From assembly GCA_945907065.1 (NCBI GenBank), contig CAMDSC010000012.1, forward strand, positions 577 through 64,576: a stretch of DNA of 64,000 nucleotides, read 5' to 3'. Of the stretch, positions 43,875 through 52,582 are shown piece after piece. The DNA is from Chitinophaga pinensis (GTDB taxonomy: Bacteria > Bacteroidota > Bacteroidia > NS11-12g > UBA9320). Position 1 is the stretch's first letter. Every line of letters starts with the position of its first letter. Under the pieces are notes generated by a model, which ran no database searches, was not told where the DNA came from, and was given only the letters and a program-made list of their open reading frames with translations. The position numbers and the translations under genes are program-made.

Positions 43875-45641
43875 TTAATCTATTCCTATAAGAAACGGCA
43901 CCCGTGCTTGTATTCCCGAGATTTTTGATAAGGATTGCAGTGTTTTGTGCAAAGTATAAAATTCTCCAAATTCTGCTTTCAAAGCTGCCTTGGTTTGCTC
44001 ATCCCCTGAAAACATTGTGAGTATTTCTTCATATTGGCTCTTTGGCTGAGGATATTCTACAATACGGTAGTCTTTAAGTTTGGCTTTCCATTTGGCTATG
44101 GCAACGGCTTTATCCATTCCGCCAAGCACATCTACCAAGTTTATTTCTTTACCTTGCTCGCCCGTCCACACTCTGCCTTGCCCAATAGAATCAACCATGT
44201 TCTTAGGCATATTGCGCCCTTTGGATACCCGTGTCAAAAATTTGTCATAAATATTTTCAACTAAATGCTGAATCACCTGATACTCAGCCGGAGTCAATGC
44301 TCTATCGATTCGGCCAAAATCTGAAAATTCACCAGTTTTTACATAATCATAGTTAATTCCAAGCTTGTCGTTCAGCAATTTTTGCATGTTGGGCAACAAC
44401 CCAAAAACACCAATACTTCCTGTTAAAGTATAAGGATGAGCCACAATGGTATCAGCAGGAGCAGCAATATAATACCCCCCAGATGCAGCCACTTCAGCCA
44501 TAGATACTATCAATGGTTTTTGGGCTTTTAATAATTCCAACTCACGCCAAATTACATCACTGGCTTGAGCACTTCCTCCCGGTGAATTGATACGAAGCAC
44601 TACTGCTTTTACTCTTTCATCTTCCCGCAGTTTGCGTATCATTTCCGAAAATTTTTCGCTACCTATTTGGTCTTTTTCGCCTTTGCCCATCACTATTTCA
44701 CCATCGGCATATACTACAGCTATTCTATCCTTGCCGCTTCCTTTTCGGTTTTTTAAAGTCTTTTTATATTTATCAAGAGTTATAAAACTAATATCTTTAG
44801 ATTTTTGATTTTTAATTCCAAGCCTATTTTGTATTTCCTGCAATACTTCATCCTTATAAAGTAGCTTATCAATCAATCCAAATTTCACAGCTTCTTCAGG
44901 AGTTTTGGCCAACCATTTATTAGCAATTTCATTTACTCGCGTTGGTGTTAAATTGCGACTAACTGCAATTTTATTTTCCAAGTTATTCATTATGGAATGT
45001 AAATATTCATCTATTTGCTTGCGGTTTTCTGGACTTAGTTTATCTAAAATAAATGGCTCAACAGCGCCTTTAAATTTACCATGACGAATCACTTGCATTT
45101 CTACTCCAAGTTTATCTAGAGCATTTTTAAAGAAAGTAACATTGGCCGAAAGACCATTGAACATCACTTCACCTTCTGGATTTAAAAATACCTTATCAGC
45201 TACAGAAGCAAGGTAGTATGTATTTTCATAGTAATAATCACCGTAGGCATATACAAATTTTCCTGATTTTTTAAAATCAAGAATGGCTTCTCTAATTTCT
45301 TCTATTTTGGCAAATCCGGCTCCTATAAAGTTTAGGTCTAAAAAAATACCTTTAATATTCGGGTCGGTTTTAGCATTTTGAATGGAAGCAACAGTTTCAT
45401 TTAATCCTACTGCTTTGCCAACATTGGGCGACATACCACCAAAAAGATTGAACGGTTTTTCTACATCCTGATCATCAATAGTATAGTTAAAACTGAGTTT
45501 CAAAACTGAATTTTTTTCAACTGTAACCTCATCATCCTTCGAAAAACTTGAAGCAACACCTATCATTACTAAAATGAAAAGGAAAAAAATAATAATGTAG
45601 GCAGTAATGGCTGCTAAAACGTATTTAAAAAATTGTCTCAT
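43875..45641 (-). CDS. sppA: Signal peptide peptidase SppA (67K type)
   Basis: YYLASVAD, LRINSPGGS, AASGGYYIA, TGSIGVFG, GQGRVWTG. Confidence 0.96.
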   Translation of the reverse strand: MRQFFKYVLAAITAYIIIFFLFILVMIGVASSFSKDDEVTVEKNSVLKLSFNYTIDDQDVEKPFNLFGGMSPNVGKAVGLNETVASIQNAKTDPNIKGIFLDLNFIGAGFAKIEEIREAILDFKKSGKFVYAYGDYYYENTYYLASVADKVFLNPEGEVMFNGLSANVTFFKNALDKLGVEMQVIRHGKFKGAVEPFILDKLSPENRKQIDEYLHSIMNNLENKIAVSRNLTPTRVNEIANKWLAKTPEEAVKFGLIDKLLYKDEVLQEIQNRLGIKNQKSKDISFITLDKYKKTLKNRKGSGKDRIAVVYADGEIVMGKGEKDQIGSEKFSEMIRKLREDERVKAVVLRINSPGGSAQASDVIWRELELLKAQKPLIVSMAEVAASGGYYIAAPADTIVAHPYTLTGSIGVFGLLPNMQKLLNDKLGINYDYVKTGEFSDFGRIDRALTPAEYQVIQHLVENIYDKFLTRVSKGRNMPKNMVDSIGQGRVWTGEQGKEINLVDVLGGMDKAVAIAKWKAKLKDYRIVEYPQPKSQYEEILTMFSGDEQTKAALKAEFGEFYTLHKTLQSLSKISGIQARVPFLIGID

Positions 45642-45778
45642 TGTCTAAATTGATAAATTGTTAATTTTAAAAAACCTTAAAGGTTTAAATTTATAGGGCA
45701 AAGTAAAGTGATGATTGATTGCCACAAATTTCTATATCGTTTAATTACAAATTTATTTCGGTAAAACACGAATCAATT

Positions 45779-45845
45779 GTAGAGACGCAATATTTTGCTT
45801 CTCCATGATATATTCCTATAGAGAAGCAAAATATTGCGTCTCTAC
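45779..45845. repeat. GTAG-type REP doublet (perfect 25-bp inverted repeat)
   Basis: gtagagacgcaatattttgcttctc-N17-gagaagcaaaatattgcgtctctac; each arm is itself an imperfect palindrome. Confidence 0.75.
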
Positions 45846-45904
45846 GTTTTTCTAAAAATCCTTATATTTGTTTAAATTATTTTAACCTTAAAAAAATAAA
45901 ATCT

Positions 45905-46411
45905 ATGGCACTAAACGCTTATTTAAAACTCAAAGGACAAAAACAGGGCGACATTAAAGGCTCGGTTACTCAAAAAGGTAGAGAAAACAAAATCATGGTA
46001 ATTGCAGTTAGTCATGAGGTGGTTTCACCAAGAGATATGGCTTCAGGATTACCTTCAGGCAAACGACAACACAAACCGTTTGTAATTACAAAAGAATTGG
46101 ATAAATCCAGCCCATTGCTTTATAAAGCGCTATGCACTAACGAAAATATTACCGAATGGGAATTGCAGTTTTGGACTACACAAATGACAGGAGCCATTGG
46201 TGGTGCAGGGATAGAGAGACAGCATTACACTGTAAAACTTACTAATGCAAAAATTTGTGATATAAAGTTTAGCATGCTAAATAATAAAAATCCTGATTTG
46301 ATGAGGTATGCCGAATATGAAGAGATAGCTTTTACTTATCAAAAAATAAGCTGGACAATTTTGGATGGTGGAATTACTGCTCAAGATGACTGGGAAGCAC
46401 CGATTGTTTAA
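45905..46411 (+). CDS. hcp: Hcp1-family type VI secretion tube protein (orphan)
   Basis: AYLKLKGQKQGDI, PRD..SGLPSGKRQHKPF..TKELDKSSPLL, HYTVKL.NA, EEIAFTYQKISW; own TATATTTG promoter at 45863-45870. Confidence 0.92.
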   Translation: MALNAYLKLKGQKQGDIKGSVTQKGRENKIMVIAVSHEVVSPRDMASGLPSGKRQHKPFVITKELDKSSPLLYKALCTNENITEWELQFWTTQMTGAIGGAGIERQHYTVKLTNAKICDIKFSMLNNKNPDLMRYAEYEEIAFTYQKISWTILDGGITAQDDWEAPIV

Positions 46412-46420
46412 ATTTTATAT

Positions 46421-46457
46421 AAAAAAGCCCGATAAAATTATTTATCGGGCTTTTTTT
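46421..46457. terminator. Bidirectional intrinsic terminator
   Basis: aaaaaagcccgataaa-atta-tttatcgggctttttt between convergent hcp and TBDR genes. Confidence 0.85.
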
Positions 46458-46474
46458 ATTGAGAAAATTTTACC

Positions 46475-48685
46475 TTAGTAAGAATATCTTATTGCTAAAT
46501 AGAAGTTCCTTCCGGGAGCATTAATACCGGAAGCAAAAACACGGTACTGGGTATCCAAAATATTTTCGATACCACCTTGAACTACAAAATTATTAGGTAA
46601 TTTATAAGCTAATCTTAAGTTTAAAGTCATCCAAGCCGGAATGCCGCTTTTTGGCGCATATTGCTGATTATCTTCTCCACTGTTGGAATAATTTTTAATA
46701 TCCTTTTTACCATTAAAATTTACAATTCCCTCCCCAGTAAACTTATTGATTGTTTTACTATAACCTAAATTTGAGGTAATTGGGGCAATATGATCAAGTG
46801 GCTGATGGGTTGGGGTAGAAGTTATTGTCCCTTTAGTATAACTAAAATTCATATACAATTGTGAACCACCTGTAAGATTAGCAATCAGATTGGCTGAGTA
46901 TCCATAAATTATAGCCGTTTGCGAATTTTGATTAGCAAATACTTTACTCATCTGCCCATCATAAAGTATTGAATCATTTCCATTAAGTTTTGCTGGCCCT
47001 GTAGTAATGGCATTCTTAAAATTGGTGAACCAAACTGTAGTTTCGATTCGAATTGATTTTGTTGGTTTGTAACTAATTCCAATTTCATTGGTTAAAGTTT
47101 GCTCAGGATTTAAATCGGGATTTGGAACAATTACAATTCCTTTAGCAGTTTCAAATATTTTTGATAAATCATCAATATTAGGAACCCGATAGCCTGCAGA
47201 AACTTGGTAAGAAAGCTTTAAATTTTTTAAAGGATTATAAATAATGCCCGCATATGCCGAGCGGGTAATATTGGTTTGCTCTGTCGATGTTTGCGGTAAA
47301 TTAAAAAATGAATTATCAATAATGGTTGAATTAAGTTTTGAAATACCAATTCGTACCCCTTCGTTAAACGTCAGTTTTCCGGAAGGCAATTCAATGGTAT
47401 GTGTAAAATACAAGGCATTATGATTTAATGTGTTATTTCCGTTGGGATAGCGTGTATCTAAGGGCGTTTCAATCTCACTTTTTATATTGGTTTTTTTAGC
47501 GGTAGATATAAGTGTATTGGCTTGCCCGTCAAAACCAAACCTAAATTTATTCTTACTTGATCCTTTTTGAAAATCAAGATTATAACCAATTACCCCAACC
47601 TCTTCAATTCGTGTACTTAAATTATAACTACCAAAATTACGTGTAATCCGGCTTTCCTGAACTTTTTGACCACTTATCCCTAAGTGAATGAAGTTAAAAC
47701 CAAATTTATTTTTAAGATTTAAATCATATGCTACTAATGATCTGGTTTGAGGCCCATAATACCATTCAGCAAATTTTGGCTTACCACTGCTTAATTCAGA
47801 AAGTCTGTCGTACCTTGGAATATTGCTCGAATTTGAAAATTGAAAGTTTAATTGGTGCTCTATACTTTTATTTTGTTGGTATAAAAATTTTTGCAACAAA
47901 TCCACTTGGCTATAACCACTCTGGGTTTGTAAATATATATTACTGTTAGTTATAGTTGAATCTACTCCATTTAAATTTTGAGCATAAATGGTTCGCAAGC
48001 CATAGATGGAATCAAAAAAGACATTTTTACTCCTACCCATTTTCAAGTCTCTGAATTTGTTGTAGGTAATGGAAGTTAAACTGGCAAATTTTTTAAACCC
48101 CAAATTGAAATTCATATGTGTTGACACCCCATTATTTACTGAAGAAAAACGTTGCATCGCATTTACACTCAAGGTCTTTTTACCGGTTGCATCCAATTTT
48201 GGTTTTTTAGTCATAAAATGAATGGTTCCTCCCAAGGCATCACTTCCATATACCGTGGATGTAGGACCAAAGTAAACTTCCACTTTATCAAGTATACTGG
48301 GGTCGAGGGTTATAACACTTTGAAGATGCCCTCCCCTATATATTAAATTGTTCATTCTCACGCCATCTATTACCAATAATATTCTACTTGCTTCAAAACC
48401 TCTAATCACTGGACTTCCGCCACCTTGTTGGCTTTTTTGAACCAATATTTGTCCGGTATTTGACAGAATATCGGCACTTGTTTGAGGATTATCAAATTGA
48501 ATTTGTTTTGATGAAATTACTGAAATTTGCGCAGCAACTTGCCGCTTCATTTCTTCCGTTTTATTTACTGAAACAACTATTTCATCTAAATCAACCGATT
48601 TTTTTATACTATCCCTTACATCCGTTTGAGCTTTTAAGGATAACGTTACTAATACTATAATTATAAAAGTTATTGTAAAACGCAT
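46475..48685 (-). CDS. TonB-dependent receptor (heme/metal-uptake-like)
   Basis: LDEIVVS TonB box, SQQGGGSPVIRGF, YGSDALGG plug, PNPDLNPE, ENILD..APGRNF terminal strand. Confidence 0.9.
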   Translation of the reverse strand: MRFTITFIIIVLVTLSLKAQTDVRDSIKKSVDLDEIVVSVNKTEEMKRQVAAQISVISSKQIQFDNPQTSADILSNTGQILVQKSQQGGGSPVIRGFEASRILLVIDGVRMNNLIYRGGHLQSVITLDPSILDKVEVYFGPTSTVYGSDALGGTIHFMTKKPKLDATGKKTLSVNAMQRFSSVNNGVSTHMNFNLGFKKFASLTSITYNKFRDLKMGRSKNVFFDSIYGLRTIYAQNLNGVDSTITNSNIYLQTQSGYSQVDLLQKFLYQQNKSIEHQLNFQFSNSSNIPRYDRLSELSSGKPKFAEWYYGPQTRSLVAYDLNLKNKFGFNFIHLGISGQKVQESRITRNFGSYNLSTRIEEVGVIGYNLDFQKGSSKNKFRFGFDGQANTLISTAKKTNIKSEIETPLDTRYPNGNNTLNHNALYFTHTIELPSGKLTFNEGVRIGISKLNSTIIDNSFFNLPQTSTEQTNITRSAYAGIIYNPLKNLKLSYQVSAGYRVPNIDDLSKIFETAKGIVIVPNPDLNPEQTLTNEIGISYKPTKSIRIETTVWFTNFKNAITTGPAKLNGNDSILYDGQMSKVFANQNSQTAIIYGYSANLIANLTGGSQLYMNFSYTKGTITSTPTHQPLDHIAPITSNLGYSKTINKFTGEGIVNFNGKKDIKNYSNSGEDNQQYAPKSGIPAWMTLNLRLAYKLPNNFVVQGGIENILDTQYRVFASGINAPGRNFYLAIRYSY

Positions 48686-48800
48686 TATTTATTTTTTTTA
48701 AATGAATGAATAATACCCTCATTAACAGGGTATCGCAAAAAAAATTAACCATTATATTCCCTCTCTAAAAAAGGAATTACCAAATGGTATATTGAAATTT

Positions 48801-49334
48801 TTAAACTTTTTCTGGAGGAGGTACCGACGGTGCCGGGGTATTAAGGCTATAGATAGTATTATTAAACCAATAATACGAATTGCTTTTATTTATTTGATAA
48901 AATTCAATGAAACTAAAAGTATTTTCATGAAACAGCTTTTGATAAAAACTGACTAACCGCTTTTGATTTTCCTTATTTTGAGGGTTATTTCCTATAATAT
49001 CACCTATCAAATGTGCTAACTGTTTATTTAGTTTTGTTTCCTTATTATCCCACCAGCAAGTGTAAAGAATTGTATCACCCTTTACTATAGATTTTACAAC
49101 ATCATACATCTCACCTTCATACTCAAATTCCTTTGAATGTTTCCACTTTAAATTACTCTTAGTGTTAGATATTTTAAATTTCAGGATAATCAATTCTCTA
49201 TCATCCAATCCGGCAATCATTTGCTGTTTTACTTCTTTCTTAATTAATTTCACTTCATGCCGCAACCATATATAGGTTCCTGTAATAGGAGCTATAAGGC
49301 ATACTAAAAGAAATATGGAAATAAGCTTTTTCAA
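48801..49334 (-). CDS. Hypothetical membrane-anchored protein upstream of TBDR, ending in PSVPPP
   Basis: Hydrophobic N-terminus (likely TTG start at 49334), EFEYEGEMYDVV..CWWD.KE core, C-terminal polyproline. Confidence 0.7.
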   Translation of the reverse strand: MKKLISIFLLVCLIAPITGTYIWLRHEVKLIKKEVKQQMIAGLDDRELIILKFKISNTKSNLKWKHSKEFEYEGEMYDVVKSIVKGDTILYTCWWDNKETKLNKQLAHLIGDIIGNNPQNKENQKRLVSFYQKLFHENTFSFIEFYQINKSNSYYWFNNTIYSLNTPAPSVPPPEKV

Positions 49335-49430
49335 AAAATAAAATCTTGCAACATTAATCAATCAAATTTTAAAAACACAACCGAATTTACAAATGGTCTG
49401 TTTAATCCAAACAAATGATAGTATTTTCGC

Positions 49431-49592
49431 TTTTGAAAAAACCGGTGAAAGGGAATCCCGTGAAATTCGGGGACAGTGCCCGCTGCTGTATATTCCACCA
49501 CAATGTTTTGCATACCTTAAAGCCACTGTTTTAGCCTAAAAGCAAAATGGGAAGGCTGCAAAAACATGGAATGAGTCAGAAAACCTGCCGTT
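49431..49592 (+). promoter_or_regulatory. Cobalamin (AdoCbl) riboswitch
   Basis: GGTGAAAGGGAAtcccGTGAAAttcgggGACAGTGCCCGCTGCTGTA, AGCCACTG, TGGGAAGG and GAGTCAGAAAACCTGCC conserved blocks, upstream of a BtuB-like gene. Confidence 0.93.
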
Positions 49593-49647
49593 TTTTTTAC
49601 AACTTTTTAAAAACGCTTTGCTTTCGGGAATAAAAGCAACGGTATTT

Positions 49648-51567
49648 ATGAACAGATATATAATTATCTCTTTTTTGTTCTCCCTTGGTTTGCCTGCCGC
49701 AGCGCAAAAGGATTCACTATGGAAAAAAAATCTAAAGGAAATTACCATAACTACTGACCGGGTTGAATTATACACCTTAGGAAACAGAATTGATAAACCC
49801 GACAGCCTTTTACAACGTATTTTTAAATCATCACCCATAGGTTCATTACTTGATGCCTCAAGTGGTTTGGTTATTCGTAGTTACGGGCCGGGAATATTGG
49901 CCACTTCATCCCTGAGGGGAGGAAATGCCCAACAAACTGCAATGTCCTGGAACGGATTATCAATCAACAGTCCTGTAAACGGATTGAGTGATTTAAATCT
50001 TATACCTTCCTTTTTATTTGACGGGATTTCTGTTTTACCGGGATTGGCCGGTAGCTTGCAAGGAAGTGGCGCTATTGGCGGTGGAATAAATTTAAACAAT
50101 TCTGCCTTAAAAAAAGAAGGATTTTCAGCCGAGCTAATGCAAACCGCTGGAAGTTTTGGAACTTATACAGGAGGGTTTAAATTTAATTATACAAAAAAGA
50201 AATGGAGCCATTCTGTAAAAGGTTTTTATTCAAAAACCAACAATAATTATTCATTTATAAACCGTGCCGAAGCTGGAAATCCAAAAGAAAATTTGACAAA
50301 TGCCGAAGGCAAAAATTATTCGGTTTTGCATCAAACTGCCTATCAATCCGCAAAGGCCGGAATTTTTAAAATTAACTATTGGGGAACCTTCGCCAATCGC
50401 CAAATACCTCCTACCCTATTGATGGAAAATACGACAGCCCGACAACTCGACAATATTCAAAAAACAATGGTACAATGGGACAAATCGTTTAAAAAAGTAA
50501 GTTTAAAATTTCATTCTCTATTTCAAAATGATTATTTAAAATACAGTGAAAAAGAGTTAGACATCAATTCCATCTCCAAGTCTATATTTATTACCAATGA
50601 TGCTGAATTGCGATTTAAAAGCTTTAAAAATTCTACCTCAAGCATTGGTGCTGTTCATTCGTTTACCAAAGCTAATGTAGCTAATGTTTTAAATACAGGA
50701 ACTACCACCTTAAATGAATCTGAAAGAAATCAAGTGGCATTTTGGGCAAGTCATTTTCATCAGATTGTTAAACTTAGAACCAGTATTTCAGCCAGCGTGA
50801 GGCAAGAATTGGTTGATACAAAATTTTTACCTTTAATTCCTGCACTTGGGTTTAAAACCCACCTTCATAAAACCCTTGATATTTATGGTCAAACAAGCAA
50901 GGTTTACAGAATTCCAACCTTAAACGACCTGAATTGGATTCCGGGAGGAAACCCTGAATTAAAACCAGAATCTGGATGGGCCAACGAACTTAGTGCCGAG
51001 TTAAATAAAAAAAATAAACAGCTTTATTTCACAACTTCTGTCACCGGATATAGCCGCCTTATTACCAATTGGATTCAGTGGCAACCGGTATCTTCGCAAA
51101 TTTGGAGTCCCATAAATATTGGTAAAGTAAACAGCCGTGGGCTGGAACTAAGAAGTACTCTAAAGATTAGTATTACCAATAAAATTTATAGCAAAACAGG
51201 TCTCAATTTTGATTATACCAAATCCGAAAATGTGGATGCCACTAACCCAAACTACAAAAAGCAGTTGCTCTATATCCCCTATTTTAAATCCTCAGGCTTT
51301 ATTGCCTTTGGGATAAAAAATACAGTTTTGCTCTTACAAGGAGTTTGGGTTGGTAAACGGTATACCGGTTCTGACAATTTAGATTCAATACCGCACTACG
51401 GCTTAATAAATTTAGCATTGAATCATAACTTAAACTTAAAAAAAACGAATGGCAATGCATTTTTAAGAGTTAATAATATTTTAAATAAAAGCTATGAAGC
51501 CATTGTTTGGCGGCCAATGCCGAGTATTAATTTTGAATTTGGAATAAATATATGTTTTAACAACTGA
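49648..51567 (+). CDS. btuB: TonB-dependent cobalamin receptor BtuB-like
   Basis: IRSYGPGILATSSLRGG..WNG..INS plug, GSGAIGG, YRIPTLNDLNW..GNPELKPE; directly under a B12 riboswitch. Confidence 0.8.
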   Translation: MNRYIIISFLFSLGLPAAAQKDSLWKKNLKEITITTDRVELYTLGNRIDKPDSLLQRIFKSSPIGSLLDASSGLVIRSYGPGILATSSLRGGNAQQTAMSWNGLSINSPVNGLSDLNLIPSFLFDGISVLPGLAGSLQGSGAIGGGINLNNSALKKEGFSAELMQTAGSFGTYTGGFKFNYTKKKWSHSVKGFYSKTNNNYSFINRAEAGNPKENLTNAEGKNYSVLHQTAYQSAKAGIFKINYWGTFANRQIPPTLLMENTTARQLDNIQKTMVQWDKSFKKVSLKFHSLFQNDYLKYSEKELDINSISKSIFITNDAELRFKSFKNSTSSIGAVHSFTKANVANVLNTGTTTLNESERNQVAFWASHFHQIVKLRTSISASVRQELVDTKFLPLIPALGFKTHLHKTLDIYGQTSKVYRIPTLNDLNWIPGGNPELKPESGWANELSAELNKKNKQLYFTTSVTGYSRLITNWIQWQPVSSQIWSPINIGKVNSRGLELRSTLKISITNKIYSKTGLNFDYTKSENVDATNPNYKKQLLYIPYFKSSGFIAFGIKNTVLLLQGVWVGKRYTGSDNLDSIPHYGLINLALNHNLNLKKTNGNAFLRVNNILNKSYEAIVWRPMPSINFEFGINICFNN

Positions 51568-51589
51568 TTAAACTGATTGATTTGATATA

Positions 51590-52582
51590 ATGATTTTAGA
51601 TAAAAAAATATATTTAGTATTTACCCTTTCATTTCTCTTTTGGGGAATGAAAGGATTTTCACAATATGCTCCTGCAGCAGGAAAGTTAGGAAGTTCGGCA
51701 CTTTTTAAAGATTCATCCATTTTTGTAAATTGGGCCAAGCAATGCACTATTTACAGAGGGTGGAAAAACATTGCTCAAAAAGATTCAGGTTATGCCACCA
51801 TTGGCGATAGCACTTCAGCAACTGGCAAAGCAGGAGAAAACGGAATAGTGAGCTTGGGAGATAGCGGTATTGCAATTTGTCAATTTTACAAACCTTTAAT
51901 AAATGGTGATGGATGGGATTTTGCTGTATTTGAAAACACTTTTGACGACCGCTATTTAGAACTTGCCTTTGTGGAGGTGAGTTCTGACGGGTGGAGATAC
52001 TTTAAGTTTCCATGCCATTCTTTAACCGACACGTTAAATCAAACTGGAGCCTTCGGCTATACCGAACCTGAAAATATTAATAACCTTGCTGGGAAATATA
52101 GGGCGGGATATGGAACACCATTTGACATCGGCGACATTCCCGATTACAAAGACTTAAATAAAAACAATATACGGTTTGTAAAAATTTTAGATATTGTGGG
52201 AAGTTTAAACTCAAAATTTGCAAGCTTAGATACAGCCATGCGAAAAATAAATGACCCATGGCCTACCCCATTTACATCCAGTGGCTTTGATTTGGATGCC
52301 ATTGGAGTTATTCATGAACAAGCCACCTCGGAGATTATTTCAATTAATTCGAATCAATTTATTATAGGCCCTAATCCTATTAAAGAATCTCAAAAATTAA
52401 GAATTGATAATTCTGAAAATCTAATTTCAACTATAAAAATTTTTGATACCGTTGGTAAATTATATAAAGAAATAAGTATTTCATCCCCACTAATTGAGAC
52501 CACTGATTTGCCATCCGGATTATTTTTTATTCATTTTTCAGGAACATCTATTACCAGCATTTATAAAGGTTTAAAATTATGA
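51590..52582 (+). CDS. Putative BtuH-like cobalamin-binding protein with T9SS type A sorting domain
   Basis: VSLGDSG..F...NGDGWDFAVFEN..ELAFVEVSSDG..FDI..IRFVKI.D..SGFDLDA; C-terminal IGPNP..KIFD..G..LPSGLFFI. Confidence 0.55.
   Translation: MILDKKIYLVFTLSFLFWGMKGFSQYAPAAGKLGSSALFKDSSIFVNWAKQCTIYRGWKNIAQKDSGYATIGDSTSATGKAGENGIVSLGDSGIAICQFYKPLINGDGWDFAVFENTFDDRYLELAFVEVSSDGWRYFKFPCHSLTDTLNQTGAFGYTEPENINNLAGKYRAGYGTPFDIGDIPDYKDLNKNNIRFVKILDIVGSLNSKFASLDTAMRKINDPWPTPFTSSGFDLDAIGVIHEQATSEIISINSNQFIIGPNPIKESQKLRIDNSENLISTIKIFDTVGKLYKEISISSPLIETTDLPSGLFFIHFSGTSITSIYKGLKL

Noticed and set aside
49536-49838. 100-aa minus-strand ORF overlapping the riboswitch and btuB start
   Set aside because: Antisense to well-supported features and has no recognisable motifs.
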